Origin: Pseudomonadota bacterium
Lineage (GTDB): Bacteria; Bdellovibrionota_B; Oligoflexia; Silvanigrellales; Silvanigrellaceae
DNA length: 64,000 nt
Assembly (NCBI GenBank): GCA_039799905.1
Contig: JBDLRP010000045.1
Location: forward strand, 1-64,000
Direction of reading: 5' to 3'
The notes beneath the pieces are model-generated. The model was not told where the DNA came from and searched no databases. It was given only the letters and a program-made list of their open reading frames with translations. Positions 37,232 through 45,731 of the stretch are shown here, one piece after another. Within the stretch, counting starts at the first letter, position 1. Each line of letters begins with the position of its first letter. The position numbers and the translations under genes are program-made.

Positions 37232-38124
37232 CGTTGCTGTCCTTGCAAGTTGAAGCGCTTTTCTGCCCTGAGAAGGTCATCCGGAGTGTCGATTCCAAAT
37301 GGCGCCTCGTGAGCTTGTACAACTCGGATCGACCATCCGTTTTCAATTGCCCTGAGTTGCTCAAGTCCCTCTGTCAGCTCCAGCTTGGAAGGGGCCATAC
37401 TGGTAAATTGCTCGAGTGCCGCAAAGCGGAAGGCATAGACTCCGACGTGCTGCAGAAATGGAATTGAGTTTATTGTCTGTACCTTTTTTTGAAGTTCGGT
37501 GATCTGCTCCGCGGCTCCCAGCAACTCACGCGGCCATGGCAGCGGACTGCGCGAAAAATAGATGGCGTTGCCGAATTGATTGCAGACCACTTTGACCACT
37601 GAGGTGCGCATAAAAAGGAACGGATCGGATTGCGGAAAAGCGAGTGTCCCCATCGGCAGGTTGGCATCCGCAAACATCGCACTCGCCAAAGTGAGAATAT
37701 CTTGGTCATGAAAAAATGGCTCATCGCCCTGCAGATTGATGACCAATGTCGAAGGTTGCAGGCGTTTTTGATCGTCCGCGGGAAGGTTGGCAAGCGCCGC
37801 ACGGATGCGATCTGTGCCGGAGGGAAGCTCGGCGGCAGTCATAACTGTGCGCACGCCGGTACCCTCGACAGCCGACGCAACTTCTTTGCTGTCGGTGGCA
37901 ACCAAGGTGAGAATCTCATCGGTTTGCATGGACAGCTGACGGCCCAACTCCAGAGAGCATTCCGTGACCCTTTCGGCAACCCGCGTGACAAGCGGTTTTC
38001 CGCTCAGGAGAGCCAATGGTTTGCGCGGCAGACGCGTCGAACCTAGACGCGCAGGCACTGCAATCACCAGTTTCAGAGGAGATCGGCGACTGTCTCCAGC
38101 AGATGCAATTGAAATCGAGTTCAT
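37228..38124 (-). CDS. kdsB: 3-deoxy-manno-octulosonate cytidylyltransferase
   Basis: PARLGSTRLPRKPL, SGTDR, INLQGDEP, YFSRSP, HVGVYAF, LE..EGLEQLR, IDTPDDL. Confidence 0.95.
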   Translation of the reverse strand: MNSISIASAGDSRRSPLKLVIAVPARLGSTRLPRKPLALLSGKPLVTRVAERVTECSLELGRQLSMQTDEILTLVATDSKEVASAVEGTGVRTVMTAAELPSGTDRIRAALANLPADDQKRLQPSTLVINLQGDEPFFHDQDILTLASAMFADANLPMGTLAFPQSDPFLFMRTSVVKVVCNQFGNAIYFSRSPLPWPRELLGAAEQITELQKKVQTINSIPFLQHVGVYAFRFAALEQFTSMAPSKLELTEGLEQLRAIENGWSIRVVQAHEAPFGIDTPDDLLRAEKRFNLQGQQR

Positions 38125-38196
38125 TGTTTACGTCCTTGAGCGTTGTCGGAATAGTCTACCAGCTGTATTCTGTGGACCCAACAGACCTGTGCTGTT

Positions 38197-39468
38197 TTGT
38201 ATTTGCTCAAGAGGAGGATTTCTTCGGTGCCAAGACCAGTCTCGGATGCTGTTGCTGATGGTCTGCCGCTTTGGGACACCTACGAGGCCCTCTTTTTTCT
38301 TCTCACCGGAATTTTCTTGGGGATTGTTCTAGGTTTTTTATTTCCTTCCGTCTGGAGATCATTCCGACGCAGATTTCGGCGGATCGACAAATACAAGCCT
38401 GATAAGCTCATGCTTGCAAGTCAGCTGAAATTTTCTGCAAAAAATCGTTTATTGGCATTGGGAAATGACGACGAAACGGATCAGCAGCCAGCAGACGTCG
38501 ACCTGATCGCAATCTTTGTTGCGGCGCGCTATGCCGTTCAGGAAAACGCGCTCCGTGATGCAGCGAACCTGTATTTGCAGATCTTGGGTTCAGAGAAGGT
38601 ATCGCGTGTTCAGACAAACAAAGCCATGTTCGAATTGACCCAAGTCTACAGCATGAGCGGACTTGCCGAAAAGGCCATCGAAACCGGACTCGAGCTGTTG
38701 CACCGCAAGCCTGCACAGTCAGAAGTGTTCCGTTTGTTGTTGACCCTCTGTTTCGAGCGTCCCGATTTTGCCGCGCTGATGAAAGTGCTCGAAACTTACA
38801 CTGGTCCGAAGTCTGGCGAATTGGCCCGCGAGGTTTCTCACACACTGAGTGCGTTTGCCATGCAGCTGCTCAAGGCGGGAGCGCAGCAGGATGCTGTTGC
38901 ACTCGCCAAAATAGCTGTGCGCTGGAGTCCCTCTTCACTCGAACCCAAGCTTGCGCTTGTCGACGTGACAAGTGTTGTTCATCAGCTCTCCGGTGAGTAT
39001 CCGGCCGATCAGCTTGTCTTGGGTTTTTGTGTCGATCTTGCCGAGCTCGTGCGTCTGTTTCGCGCCTACCCCAACTCCTCTCCGTTTTTGAATGTTGCGT
39101 TGATTCGTCTGTGGGCAGATTATTTCGATCGCCACGACGCATCTGTGGAGCAGAACCTTGACCGCCTGCGCAATGAATTTCTGACCCAGTTGAATTGGGA
39201 TGCGCAAAGTCACGATGACGGCTATCGGGACGCGCTCAAATTTTTGTTGGGAGTGCTGATCCGTCAGTCGTCCGCGGGTTTGCCAGCCAGAGCTTGGCAC
39301 GGGGCTGTCGGGAGATTGATTCCATTGCAGCACGAGCCTGCTGACCTTCAGACCATTTTTGTCTGTCCAGCTTGTACTGAACTGCATGGGCGATTCCGTT
39401 GGAAATGCTCGTCCTGCCAGCGCTGGGACACCCTCACTCCTTGGAAACCCATGCCGCAGACTCTCTGA
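38197..39468 (+). CDS. lapB: LapB/YciM-like TPR protein with C-terminal rubredoxin-like Zn motif
   Basis: N-terminal TM helix, TPR-like helices, C-terminal CPAC...WKCSSCQRWDTL.P. Start uncertain. Confidence 0.65.
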   Translation: MYLLKRRISSVPRPVSDAVADGLPLWDTYEALFFLLTGIFLGIVLGFLFPSVWRSFRRRFRRIDKYKPDKLMLASQLKFSAKNRLLALGNDDETDQQPADVDLIAIFVAARYAVQENALRDAANLYLQILGSEKVSRVQTNKAMFELTQVYSMSGLAEKAIETGLELLHRKPAQSEVFRLLLTLCFERPDFAALMKVLETYTGPKSGELAREVSHTLSAFAMQLLKAGAQQDAVALAKIAVRWSPSSLEPKLALVDVTSVVHQLSGEYPADQLVLGFCVDLAELVRLFRAYPNSSPFLNVALIRLWADYFDRHDASVEQNLDRLRNEFLTQLNWDAQSHDDGYRDALKFLLGVLIRQSSAGLPARAWHGAVGRLIPLQHEPADLQTIFVCPACTELHGRFRWKCSSCQRWDTLTPWKPMPQTL

Positions 39469-39578
39469 CGGGGCCCTTCGTGGACGTCCGGCCAGTCAGT
39501 AGCCAAAGCACTTTTTTATTTGAATGTCCTGAAGCTTTGACGTACGACCCGCCGGTCAGCGCTGGGAGGCGCAATAAA

Positions 39579-40955
39579 ATGTCGACCCGAATCGGGACTT
39601 TATCCAGAGCCATAGCTATCGATGCACTCAACCACGTCCTGACCCGCAGGCAGCATGCGGACGTTGTGCTGGAACGTTTGTTTGCCCATCACGCATCCGA
39701 GCTGCGAGCGCTCGACCGCGCGTTCATTTTTGAAATCGTCTACGGTTCGCTGCGCTGGCTTGCCAAGATGGATTGGATCATGTCGCATATGGTCGACCGT
39801 CCGTTTGCCAGTTTGGATCCGCGTGTCGCCTGCGCGCTGAGAGTCGGGGCATATCAAATTTTTTACATGGATCGCGTGCCCGATCGTGCGGCTGTTTCTG
39901 AAACGGTCGAAGCGATTAAAAAAGTGGGTGCTGGCAATGCGGCATCTTTCGTCAATGCCATTTTGCGTAGAGTGGCCCGCAAGGCAGAGTACTATCCCAA
40001 GCCCGATCGCGAGTCGGATACGGCACGTTATTTGTCTGTGCAGTTTTCTCATCCGCAGTGGATGGTCGAGCGCTGGCTGAGGCACATTCCAATCGAAAGA
40101 CTCGAGCATTTGTTGGCTGGAAACAACAAAGCGCCACCCATCGTTCTGCGCCGGTTGTTAAAAAAGCCGCTGCCGAATGATGAGGACTTGGCGTCGTACC
40201 TTCTTCGCACCCAAGGGATTCAAAGCGAGTGGTTGCCGCTCAAAACAGCTCTCAAAGTTGAACGGCTGCCTGATTTTTCTGCCTGTGAGGCATTCCGTGC
40301 GGGATGCTACATTGTTCAGGATGCCGCTGCTCAACTTGCCGTGCGGTTGGTAAGCACGGGAGGCGTGCAGGGTTCTGTGCTTGATGCATGTTCCGCTCCG
40401 GGCGGAAAATCCATCGCCCTCTGGGATCAGGGAGTTGATGCCGACAACTTGGTACTCGCTGAAAGCAGTCAAAAACGAATCGGCCTATTGCGCGAAAATC
40501 TCGGACGAATCTGCATCACTCCCGCGGAGGTACTGCAGGGCGACGTACTGTCTGCCGTCAGTGGTCGTACTTTTGCGACCGTCTTGTTGGACGCTCCATG
40601 CTCGGCAATGGGCGTTGTGCGTCGGCACCCCGAAATTAAATGGCACCGTGCTCCGCAAGACGTCGAACATTGTGCAGCTGAACAACGTCGCCTGCTTGAC
40701 GGTCTGGCTGGTGCAGTGCGCGAGGGTGGTGAGCTCGTATATATTGTCTGTAGCGTCGAGATCGAAGAGACCTCAAAGCAAATTGGCGAATTCCTCGACC
40801 GTCATCCAGAGTTTGAGTTGTCTTCGTTGGAGCAGCGTGTTCATGAGTACTACAGAAAGTACGTCATTCGTGAAAAAGAGTTGCTCATTCTTCCGGGCAA
40901 CGCTGATGATCTCGATGGCTTTTACGCCGTCGTTCTCCGCCGGCGCAACGCCTGA
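39579..40955 (+). CDS. rsmB: 16S rRNA m5C967 methyltransferase RsmB/Sun
   Basis: NusB-like domain (FVNAILR), SHP.W....W, VQD, DACSAPGGK, LDAPCS..G..RRHPEIKW, Y.VCS, DGFY. Confidence 0.93.
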   Translation: MSTRIGTLSRAIAIDALNHVLTRRQHADVVLERLFAHHASELRALDRAFIFEIVYGSLRWLAKMDWIMSHMVDRPFASLDPRVACALRVGAYQIFYMDRVPDRAAVSETVEAIKKVGAGNAASFVNAILRRVARKAEYYPKPDRESDTARYLSVQFSHPQWMVERWLRHIPIERLEHLLAGNNKAPPIVLRRLLKKPLPNDEDLASYLLRTQGIQSEWLPLKTALKVERLPDFSACEAFRAGCYIVQDAAAQLAVRLVSTGGVQGSVLDACSAPGGKSIALWDQGVDADNLVLAESSQKRIGLLRENLGRICITPAEVLQGDVLSAVSGRTFATVLLDAPCSAMGVVRRHPEIKWHRAPQDVEHCAAEQRRLLDGLAGAVREGGELVYIVCSVEIEETSKQIGEFLDRHPEFELSSLEQRVHEYYRKYVIREKELLILPGNADDLDGFYAVVLRRRNA

Positions 40956-41436
40956 GCGGACGACGCAACCCGAGCGCGCCGCACTTTCAGCTTCGCAAGA
41001 CACGCTTTTCCCATCTTATCTTGTTTTTCGAGATGCCCTGAATGCCCAAATACTTTCTGGGCAGAGCAGGGTTTGCATTTTGAGCGATGTTTTTGAAGAT
41101 CGTGAAATCGGATTGATGGTTTACGGTGCGTCCCGGCGTGCCCTGACAACCGCCGTTCGCATGAATCCACGTTCGGGACTGCTCACTGGACGGCTGGCGC
41201 GTTTGGCCGATGAGCTGCGAAACTTGGGTGTCTCTATCTCAGAATTGCCTTTGAAACCGCTTAAGATTGCCACTCCGACATTGGTCGCTGTCGACCGTAG
41301 GGCATGGTCGATTGACGCCCCTCTCAGCGAGACGCACCGGGGGGCAGTTGCCGTAGAACCTGCAGCTTGGACTGCTGGTGAGGTATGTCAGTGGGCACAA
41401 GATCCTCAGTCCGCCAAAGCCGCGACAGTCCGTTAA
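40843..41436 (+). CDS. Hypothetical exported protein overlapping the rsmB 3' end
   Basis: Only open frame covering the 480-bp gap after rsmB. ATG 40843 gives a signal-peptide-like N-terminus (KKSCSFFRATLMISMAFTPSFSAGA). Confidence 0.5.
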   Translation: MSTTESTSFVKKSCSFFRATLMISMAFTPSFSAGATPERTTQPERAALSASQDTLFPSYLVFRDALNAQILSGQSRVCILSDVFEDREIGLMVYGASRRALTTAVRMNPRSGLLTGRLARLADELRNLGVSISELPLKPLKIATPTLVAVDRRAWSIDAPLSETHRGAVAVEPAAWTAGEVCQWAQDPQSAKAATVR

Positions 41437-41498
41437 CCCCTGTTCACCTCCGCTTTTGATAACCTTTCTCCGTGAGGGCGAATTTTCCGGAGAAACGA

Positions 41499-42134
41499 AT
41501 GTCGATCAAACTCAAAGCTGATTTTTCGTGGTCACGCCTGCTTATTTTATTGGGTGCCGTGTTTTTTGTGGGATGCATGCCGGTCAGGTGCGGCAAGCGT
41601 GAAGATGTTGCTGCAGAGGAGCAGCTGCGCAACTACATCGACCTCGCGGTCAACATCACGCGCATGGATCAGCGTGAGGAGTTGGAAAGCTACACGACCG
41701 GCGAGTTCCGTGATCAGCTGACCTCCTCATCGGTTGAGTCCTTCAAGAGGTCATACCTCGAGCGGCGCTATGAATTTGAGGTGTTCGAAGTCACCAACAA
41801 AACCGAGGTCGAGGCTGGTCGTGAAGTGCAGCTCGAGTACAGGGTCAAATTCAAGAGCTGGCTGACGGGTGAAGACAAGGCGCGCGCGCCTGTTCAGGAA
41901 GTCAGCAGTGTTGCAATTATGAAGTACACCAATGGGCATTGGGCAATTGCCTCGATTAAGCCGCTCAATAGCGAGTACAATTGGGATGTCGGACTTCCGC
42001 TTGAAGGTATTTCAACTCAGGGCGTGAACGAAAACTCCCCCGTCGTTGACCCGTATGCGGAGTCAGAAAACTCCGAGACTCCTGCAAACCAGCCAGTTGA
42101 CGCAACCGCACCGGTCCCGGCGCAACAGCAATGA
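41499..42134 (+). CDS. Hypothetical lipoprotein
   Basis: Lipobox FFVGC after a hydrophobic stretch; NTF2-like strand pattern ending W.I..I. Confidence 0.7.
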   Translation: MSIKLKADFSWSRLLILLGAVFFVGCMPVRCGKREDVAAEEQLRNYIDLAVNITRMDQREELESYTTGEFRDQLTSSSVESFKRSYLERRYEFEVFEVTNKTEVEAGREVQLEYRVKFKSWLTGEDKARAPVQEVSSVAIMKYTNGHWAIASIKPLNSEYNWDVGLPLEGISTQGVNENSPVVDPYAESENSETPANQPVDATAPVPAQQQ

Positions 42135-42194
42135 GTTTGAAGCAAAAGAGTTTTTCTTGGGCACGAAGACAGCAGGTTCTGAAGGGAGTCCGAC

Positions 42195-43562
42195 ATGAAG
42201 CGCATTCTGATAGCTGATGCAAGCAAAGCAAGTCTGGTCATGACGAGTGAAGTCTTCAAGGATCATTTCCCGGGGGTTCAGGTTGTAGTTGCCCGCAACT
42301 CTGCAGATGCCATAGAGCTGGCGAAATCGGCAGGCGAATTGGATGCCTTCATTATCGACTATGACCTACCCGACCGTGATGGAGCCTATACTGCGGCAAG
42401 GCTTAAAAAAATGTTCAGTCAGCCGATTTTGATTACCGCCTTTGACAGGCCCGACGTGCAGCAATCGATTGACCGCGACTTGTCCGCATTCGATGATTGC
42501 CTAAGCTGGCTTAAGAAACCGGTTAAGCCCGAGCTGGTCGTCTCACTTGCGCAGCGTTTCATTGAAGGAAAGCATCGCTGTCAGCGTCGGTTGTCTTGCA
42601 GCATTCCAGCATTTCTTGAGGTTGAATTCAGTGCCGCGGAAGTTGCCGCGATGCTGTCCCGCAGCGCGTCTGTGAAGACTGTTCAGGTAGCCAAGGCGAA
42701 AGTTAAAGTTGCTGCCAAGCCGGCTGCCAAAGGTAAGGGTGCGGTGGCATTCAAAGCAGCCGGTAAACCTGCCAAAGCGGCTCCGCAGGCAAAAAACAAG
42801 ACGACTGAAAAACCTGCAGCTAAGAACGCTGTCAAGACCGCCGCAAAAGTTACGGCCAAAACAACGACGAAGCCTTTGGCTAAAACGACTGCGAAGCCCG
42901 CAGTCAGTAAAAGCTCAACTTCAGTTGCTGCGAAAGCAAATCCGGCCGCGCAAAAAACAAAGACTCCGGCCAAAAAAGAGGCTGCCGTTCAGGTTCAGGC
43001 TGTGCGTAAAATCATCCCAGTGTTGATTGATGATGTGAGTCTGGGTGGGGCTAAGCTCAGAATCAACAATCAGGACCTGATTGTTATGTCGTCGGCAAAG
43101 GGCAAGGATAGCGGGGCTATTCTCGATTTTCGGGAAGGACAGATTCTGCAGATTCATGTTCCGCCCTCCCATTTGGTTGAGGCCGGCTCTGAGGCGCTCG
43201 AAAAGTGGCAAAAGTCACAGGCAAAGGAACTTGCTGCGCAACTTGCAGCCCGCACTGCCGGCGAGGGAGCGAAAGCCAAGAAATCTTCGACGCTCAATCC
43301 GCTCGTTGGACGCGCCCGCAGCGGTCTGACAAGCACGCCTGACAACGGCGCGGTGGTGGAAAATCCAATCAAGGTGCTCAAGGGCGAAATTCGCTGGGTT
43401 GCCTCGAGCGAGGTATTTACCTTCTGCGGCTTGCGTTCCGAGACGGTCAATGTTTCCAAGGGACTGTTCGAGTCGATGATCGAAATCGAGTCGCGTAGCC
43501 GGAATCATTTAAGCCCAATCGTATCTCCCAGCTCGGCGCGCGGTAGCAAACTCAACGCGTGA
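42195..43562 (+). CDS. Receiver + split PilZ-domain protein with Lys/Ala-rich insertion
   Basis: REC (ILIAD, IIDYDLPD, ITA, KP); RxxxR (RCQRR); DxSxxG (DVSLGG); GEIRWV..CGLR; K/A/P/T-rich insert between the PilZ motifs. Confidence 0.75.
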   Translation: MKRILIADASKASLVMTSEVFKDHFPGVQVVVARNSADAIELAKSAGELDAFIIDYDLPDRDGAYTAARLKKMFSQPILITAFDRPDVQQSIDRDLSAFDDCLSWLKKPVKPELVVSLAQRFIEGKHRCQRRLSCSIPAFLEVEFSAAEVAAMLSRSASVKTVQVAKAKVKVAAKPAAKGKGAVAFKAAGKPAKAAPQAKNKTTEKPAAKNAVKTAAKVTAKTTTKPLAKTTAKPAVSKSSTSVAAKANPAAQKTKTPAKKEAAVQVQAVRKIIPVLIDDVSLGGAKLRINNQDLIVMSSAKGKDSGAILDFREGQILQIHVPPSHLVEAGSEALEKWQKSQAKELAAQLAARTAGEGAKAKKSSTLNPLVGRARSGLTSTPDNGAVVENPIKVLKGEIRWVASSEVFTFCGLRSETVNVSKGLFESMIEIESRSRNHLSPIVSPSSARGSKLNA

Positions 43563-43563
43563 T

Positions 43564-43592
43564 TTGACAGATTTCGGGATGGTCGCTAATCT
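43564..43592 (+). promoter_or_regulatory. sigma70 promoter of the HU gene
   Basis: TTGACA-N17-TAATCT, then AAGGAG RBS. Confidence 0.7.
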
Positions 43593-43642
43593 CCTGTGTA
43601 AATCGCATCTGCAAGCAAACGGTTCATCACAAGGAGCGTGTT

Positions 43643-43963
43643 ATGAAAAAGTCGACCGTCTCGACATCTCAGCTTATCTCAACTGTTGCAGCCAACCATA
43701 CTGAACTCCCCAAGAAGGTTACCAAGGAAGTTCTGCAAGAGTTCCTCTCTTTGATTGAGCAGGAAGTTGTTGGCAACCACGCAAAAGTTCGTATCGACAA
43801 AGTCGGTATCCTTCAGGTCAAGGAGCGCGCAGCTCGCATGGGCCGCAATCCTCAGACGGGCGAAGAAATTCGCATTCCAGCATCCAAGAAAGTTACATTC
43901 CGCGCTGCTAAGTCCCTCAAGGATGCAGTCGGCGTGAAGCGTGCGGCTAAAAAGAAGAAGTAA
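43643..43963 (+). CDS. hup: HU/IHF-family DNA-binding protein
   Basis: ERAARMGRNPQTGEEIRIPASKKVTFRAAKSLKDAV; basic C-terminal tail. Confidence 0.95.
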   Translation: MKKSTVSTSQLISTVAANHTELPKKVTKEVLQEFLSLIEQEVVGNHAKVRIDKVGILQVKERAARMGRNPQTGEEIRIPASKKVTFRAAKSLKDAVGVKRAAKKKK

Positions 43964-44002
43964 TCAGACCTAGGACTTTCCGAACTCTTTAAAGCAGATG
44001 CG

Positions 44003-44028
44003 AACTCCCCATTCGGGGAGTTTTTTTT
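44003..44028 (+). terminator. Rho-independent terminator after hup
   Basis: AACTCCCC-ATTC-GGGGAGTT followed by a T run. Confidence 0.88.
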
Positions 44029-45562
44029 ATTGGTGGCGAATGATTTCCTCGACAAGGTAGATTTCCTGCTCTCCCTTGCCCTTAAGGCTTATTTTTCCAA
44101 GGTTCTGGCCTTTGATTTTGTCTTTGACGGTATCAAAAACAGTCCTCGAAATGGCGACCCGCTGAGGTTTGGACGCGCCCTCAACCCGCGCTGCGGTGTT
44201 GACGGTGTCCCCCCAGATATCAAAGAGGAATTGTTTGTTGCCGACCAGTCCACTGACAACCGGACCTGTGTGCAATCCAACCCGCAGCTGCCAACCCGAC
44301 TCGTGCCGTCTTGCACAGTCAATCATGTTGAGTCCGGCTTGGATGGCGCGCAGCTCGAGCTCTTCTTCATTGACGTCTTGATTAAGGCCGATTGCGGCCA
44401 TAAAGCTGTCGCCGATGGTTTTAATCTTCTGCAAACCCTGCAATTCGGTGATTGCTTCAAATTCAGAAAAAAGGCTCTGAAGCAGCGCGAGAATCTTTAC
44501 AGGGTCCTCGCGGTCGCAGCTCTCGGTAAAGTTGACGATGTCACAAAACAAAACGCAGACCCGTTCATGCCTCTTTGGCTGAACCTCTCCGGTTGACTGC
44601 AGTTCATCTATAATGTCGCGCGGAAGAATGACCGACAGCAGCTCCTCAATTCTTCCTTTTTGATAAACCAGTTCACGGGCAATTGCTCGTTCGCGTCTCT
44701 TGGCAGCCTGCAAATCGAGAGAGGTCAGAACACGGGCTTTCAGAAATGACGATTGAAACGGCTTCGGCAGCGAGTCGACCGCACCCGCCTCGATGCACTC
44801 GGCAAGTTCGTCGGCATCGTCGGATGCTGTCACGACCAAAACCGGGATTTCTTGATATTCTTTTTTGCTCTTGATTTGTCGCAGAAACTCAAGCCCGCTC
44901 ATTTGCGGCATATGCAAATCCAAGAGAATCAGGTCGACGCCACCGTTGGCCAGCTCGGCAAGTGCATCCTCACCGCGTGTGAAAGTGGAAACGGAAAGGT
45001 TGAGGCGTCCGAGAAATGTCCCGATGAGGTGAAGGTTGTGCGGCTCGTCGTCGATCACCATCACGTGGCCGCGGGTTGGTGCATCAGATGATTCGTTGAC
45101 GGTGTTGACCTGAAAGTTGATTTCCTGAGTGCGCAGTTCCAGGCGTTGGTCAAACGGAGAGTGGCAACGCAGCGTCAGTTGCCGGACCGCTTCGAGCATG
45201 TTGTCGACGAGCTCCTGTTCGTCCTGATTGAGGACGAGCTTGGCAAGCATTTCGTTGACCTCCCGCAAATTCGACAGTGTGCCCTTGCGCAAGCCGGCAC
45301 GAACCTCGGTCTTGAATGCGGAAATAGAGCTCAGTGAGCAGCGGTTGATCATCGCGATCGTGTCGTCGAGCGCCATGCGACCTGCGTCGAGTGCGGCATC
45401 GAGGGTTGCAAGCGACTCGCTGTTCGTTCTGGACAGGTCTTCGCGCAGAACTTCTCCAAATCCGATTAAAACGGAAAAATTGGATCGCAGGTCGTGACGG
45501 AAATTCGACCTGAACTTTTCAATCGATACTTCTTCTTTATTCGATTGAGGCTTGCTGCTCAT
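44027..45562 (-). CDS. HisKA-like + receiver + class III adenylate cyclase
   Basis: RHDLRS...LIGFGE; REC (VIDDE, LLDLHMP, VTA, KPF); FCDIVNFT, KIKTIGD, FDIWGDTVNTAAR (adenylyl-type K/D residues). Confidence 0.9.
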   Translation of the reverse strand: MSSKPQSNKEEVSIEKFRSNFRHDLRSNFSVLIGFGEVLREDLSRTNSESLATLDAALDAGRMALDDTIAMINRCSLSSISAFKTEVRAGLRKGTLSNLREVNEMLAKLVLNQDEQELVDNMLEAVRQLTLRCHSPFDQRLELRTQEINFQVNTVNESSDAPTRGHVMVIDDEPHNLHLIGTFLGRLNLSVSTFTRGEDALAELANGGVDLILLDLHMPQMSGLEFLRQIKSKKEYQEIPVLVVTASDDADELAECIEAGAVDSLPKPFQSSFLKARVLTSLDLQAAKRRERAIARELVYQKGRIEELLSVILPRDIIDELQSTGEVQPKRHERVCVLFCDIVNFTESCDREDPVKILALLQSLFSEFEAITELQGLQKIKTIGDSFMAAIGLNQDVNEEELELRAIQAGLNMIDCARRHESGWQLRVGLHTGPVVSGLVGNKQFLFDIWGDTVNTAARVEGASKPQRVAISRTVFDTVKDKIKGQNLGKISLKGKGEQEIYLVEEIIRHQ

Positions 45563-45731
45563 AAGTTTTCCAAACAGAAGTTCTGCATTGAGTTACGAAA
45601 ACATGATAACGAATGAACGTTTCTGCACGCGAGTCGACGCGTTGACGGAATTAAAAATTGAAAAGATGTGTTCGGTGTCTTTACTTATGAAACGGACGAA
45701 GTTACATTTTCAGAAAATGGAGGTCACAAAT

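Noticed and set aside
40381..40842. Full 351-aa ORF overlapping rsmB
   Set aside because: The upstream part is an alternative frame over the RsmB catalytic core; only the portion from ~40843 is plausible.
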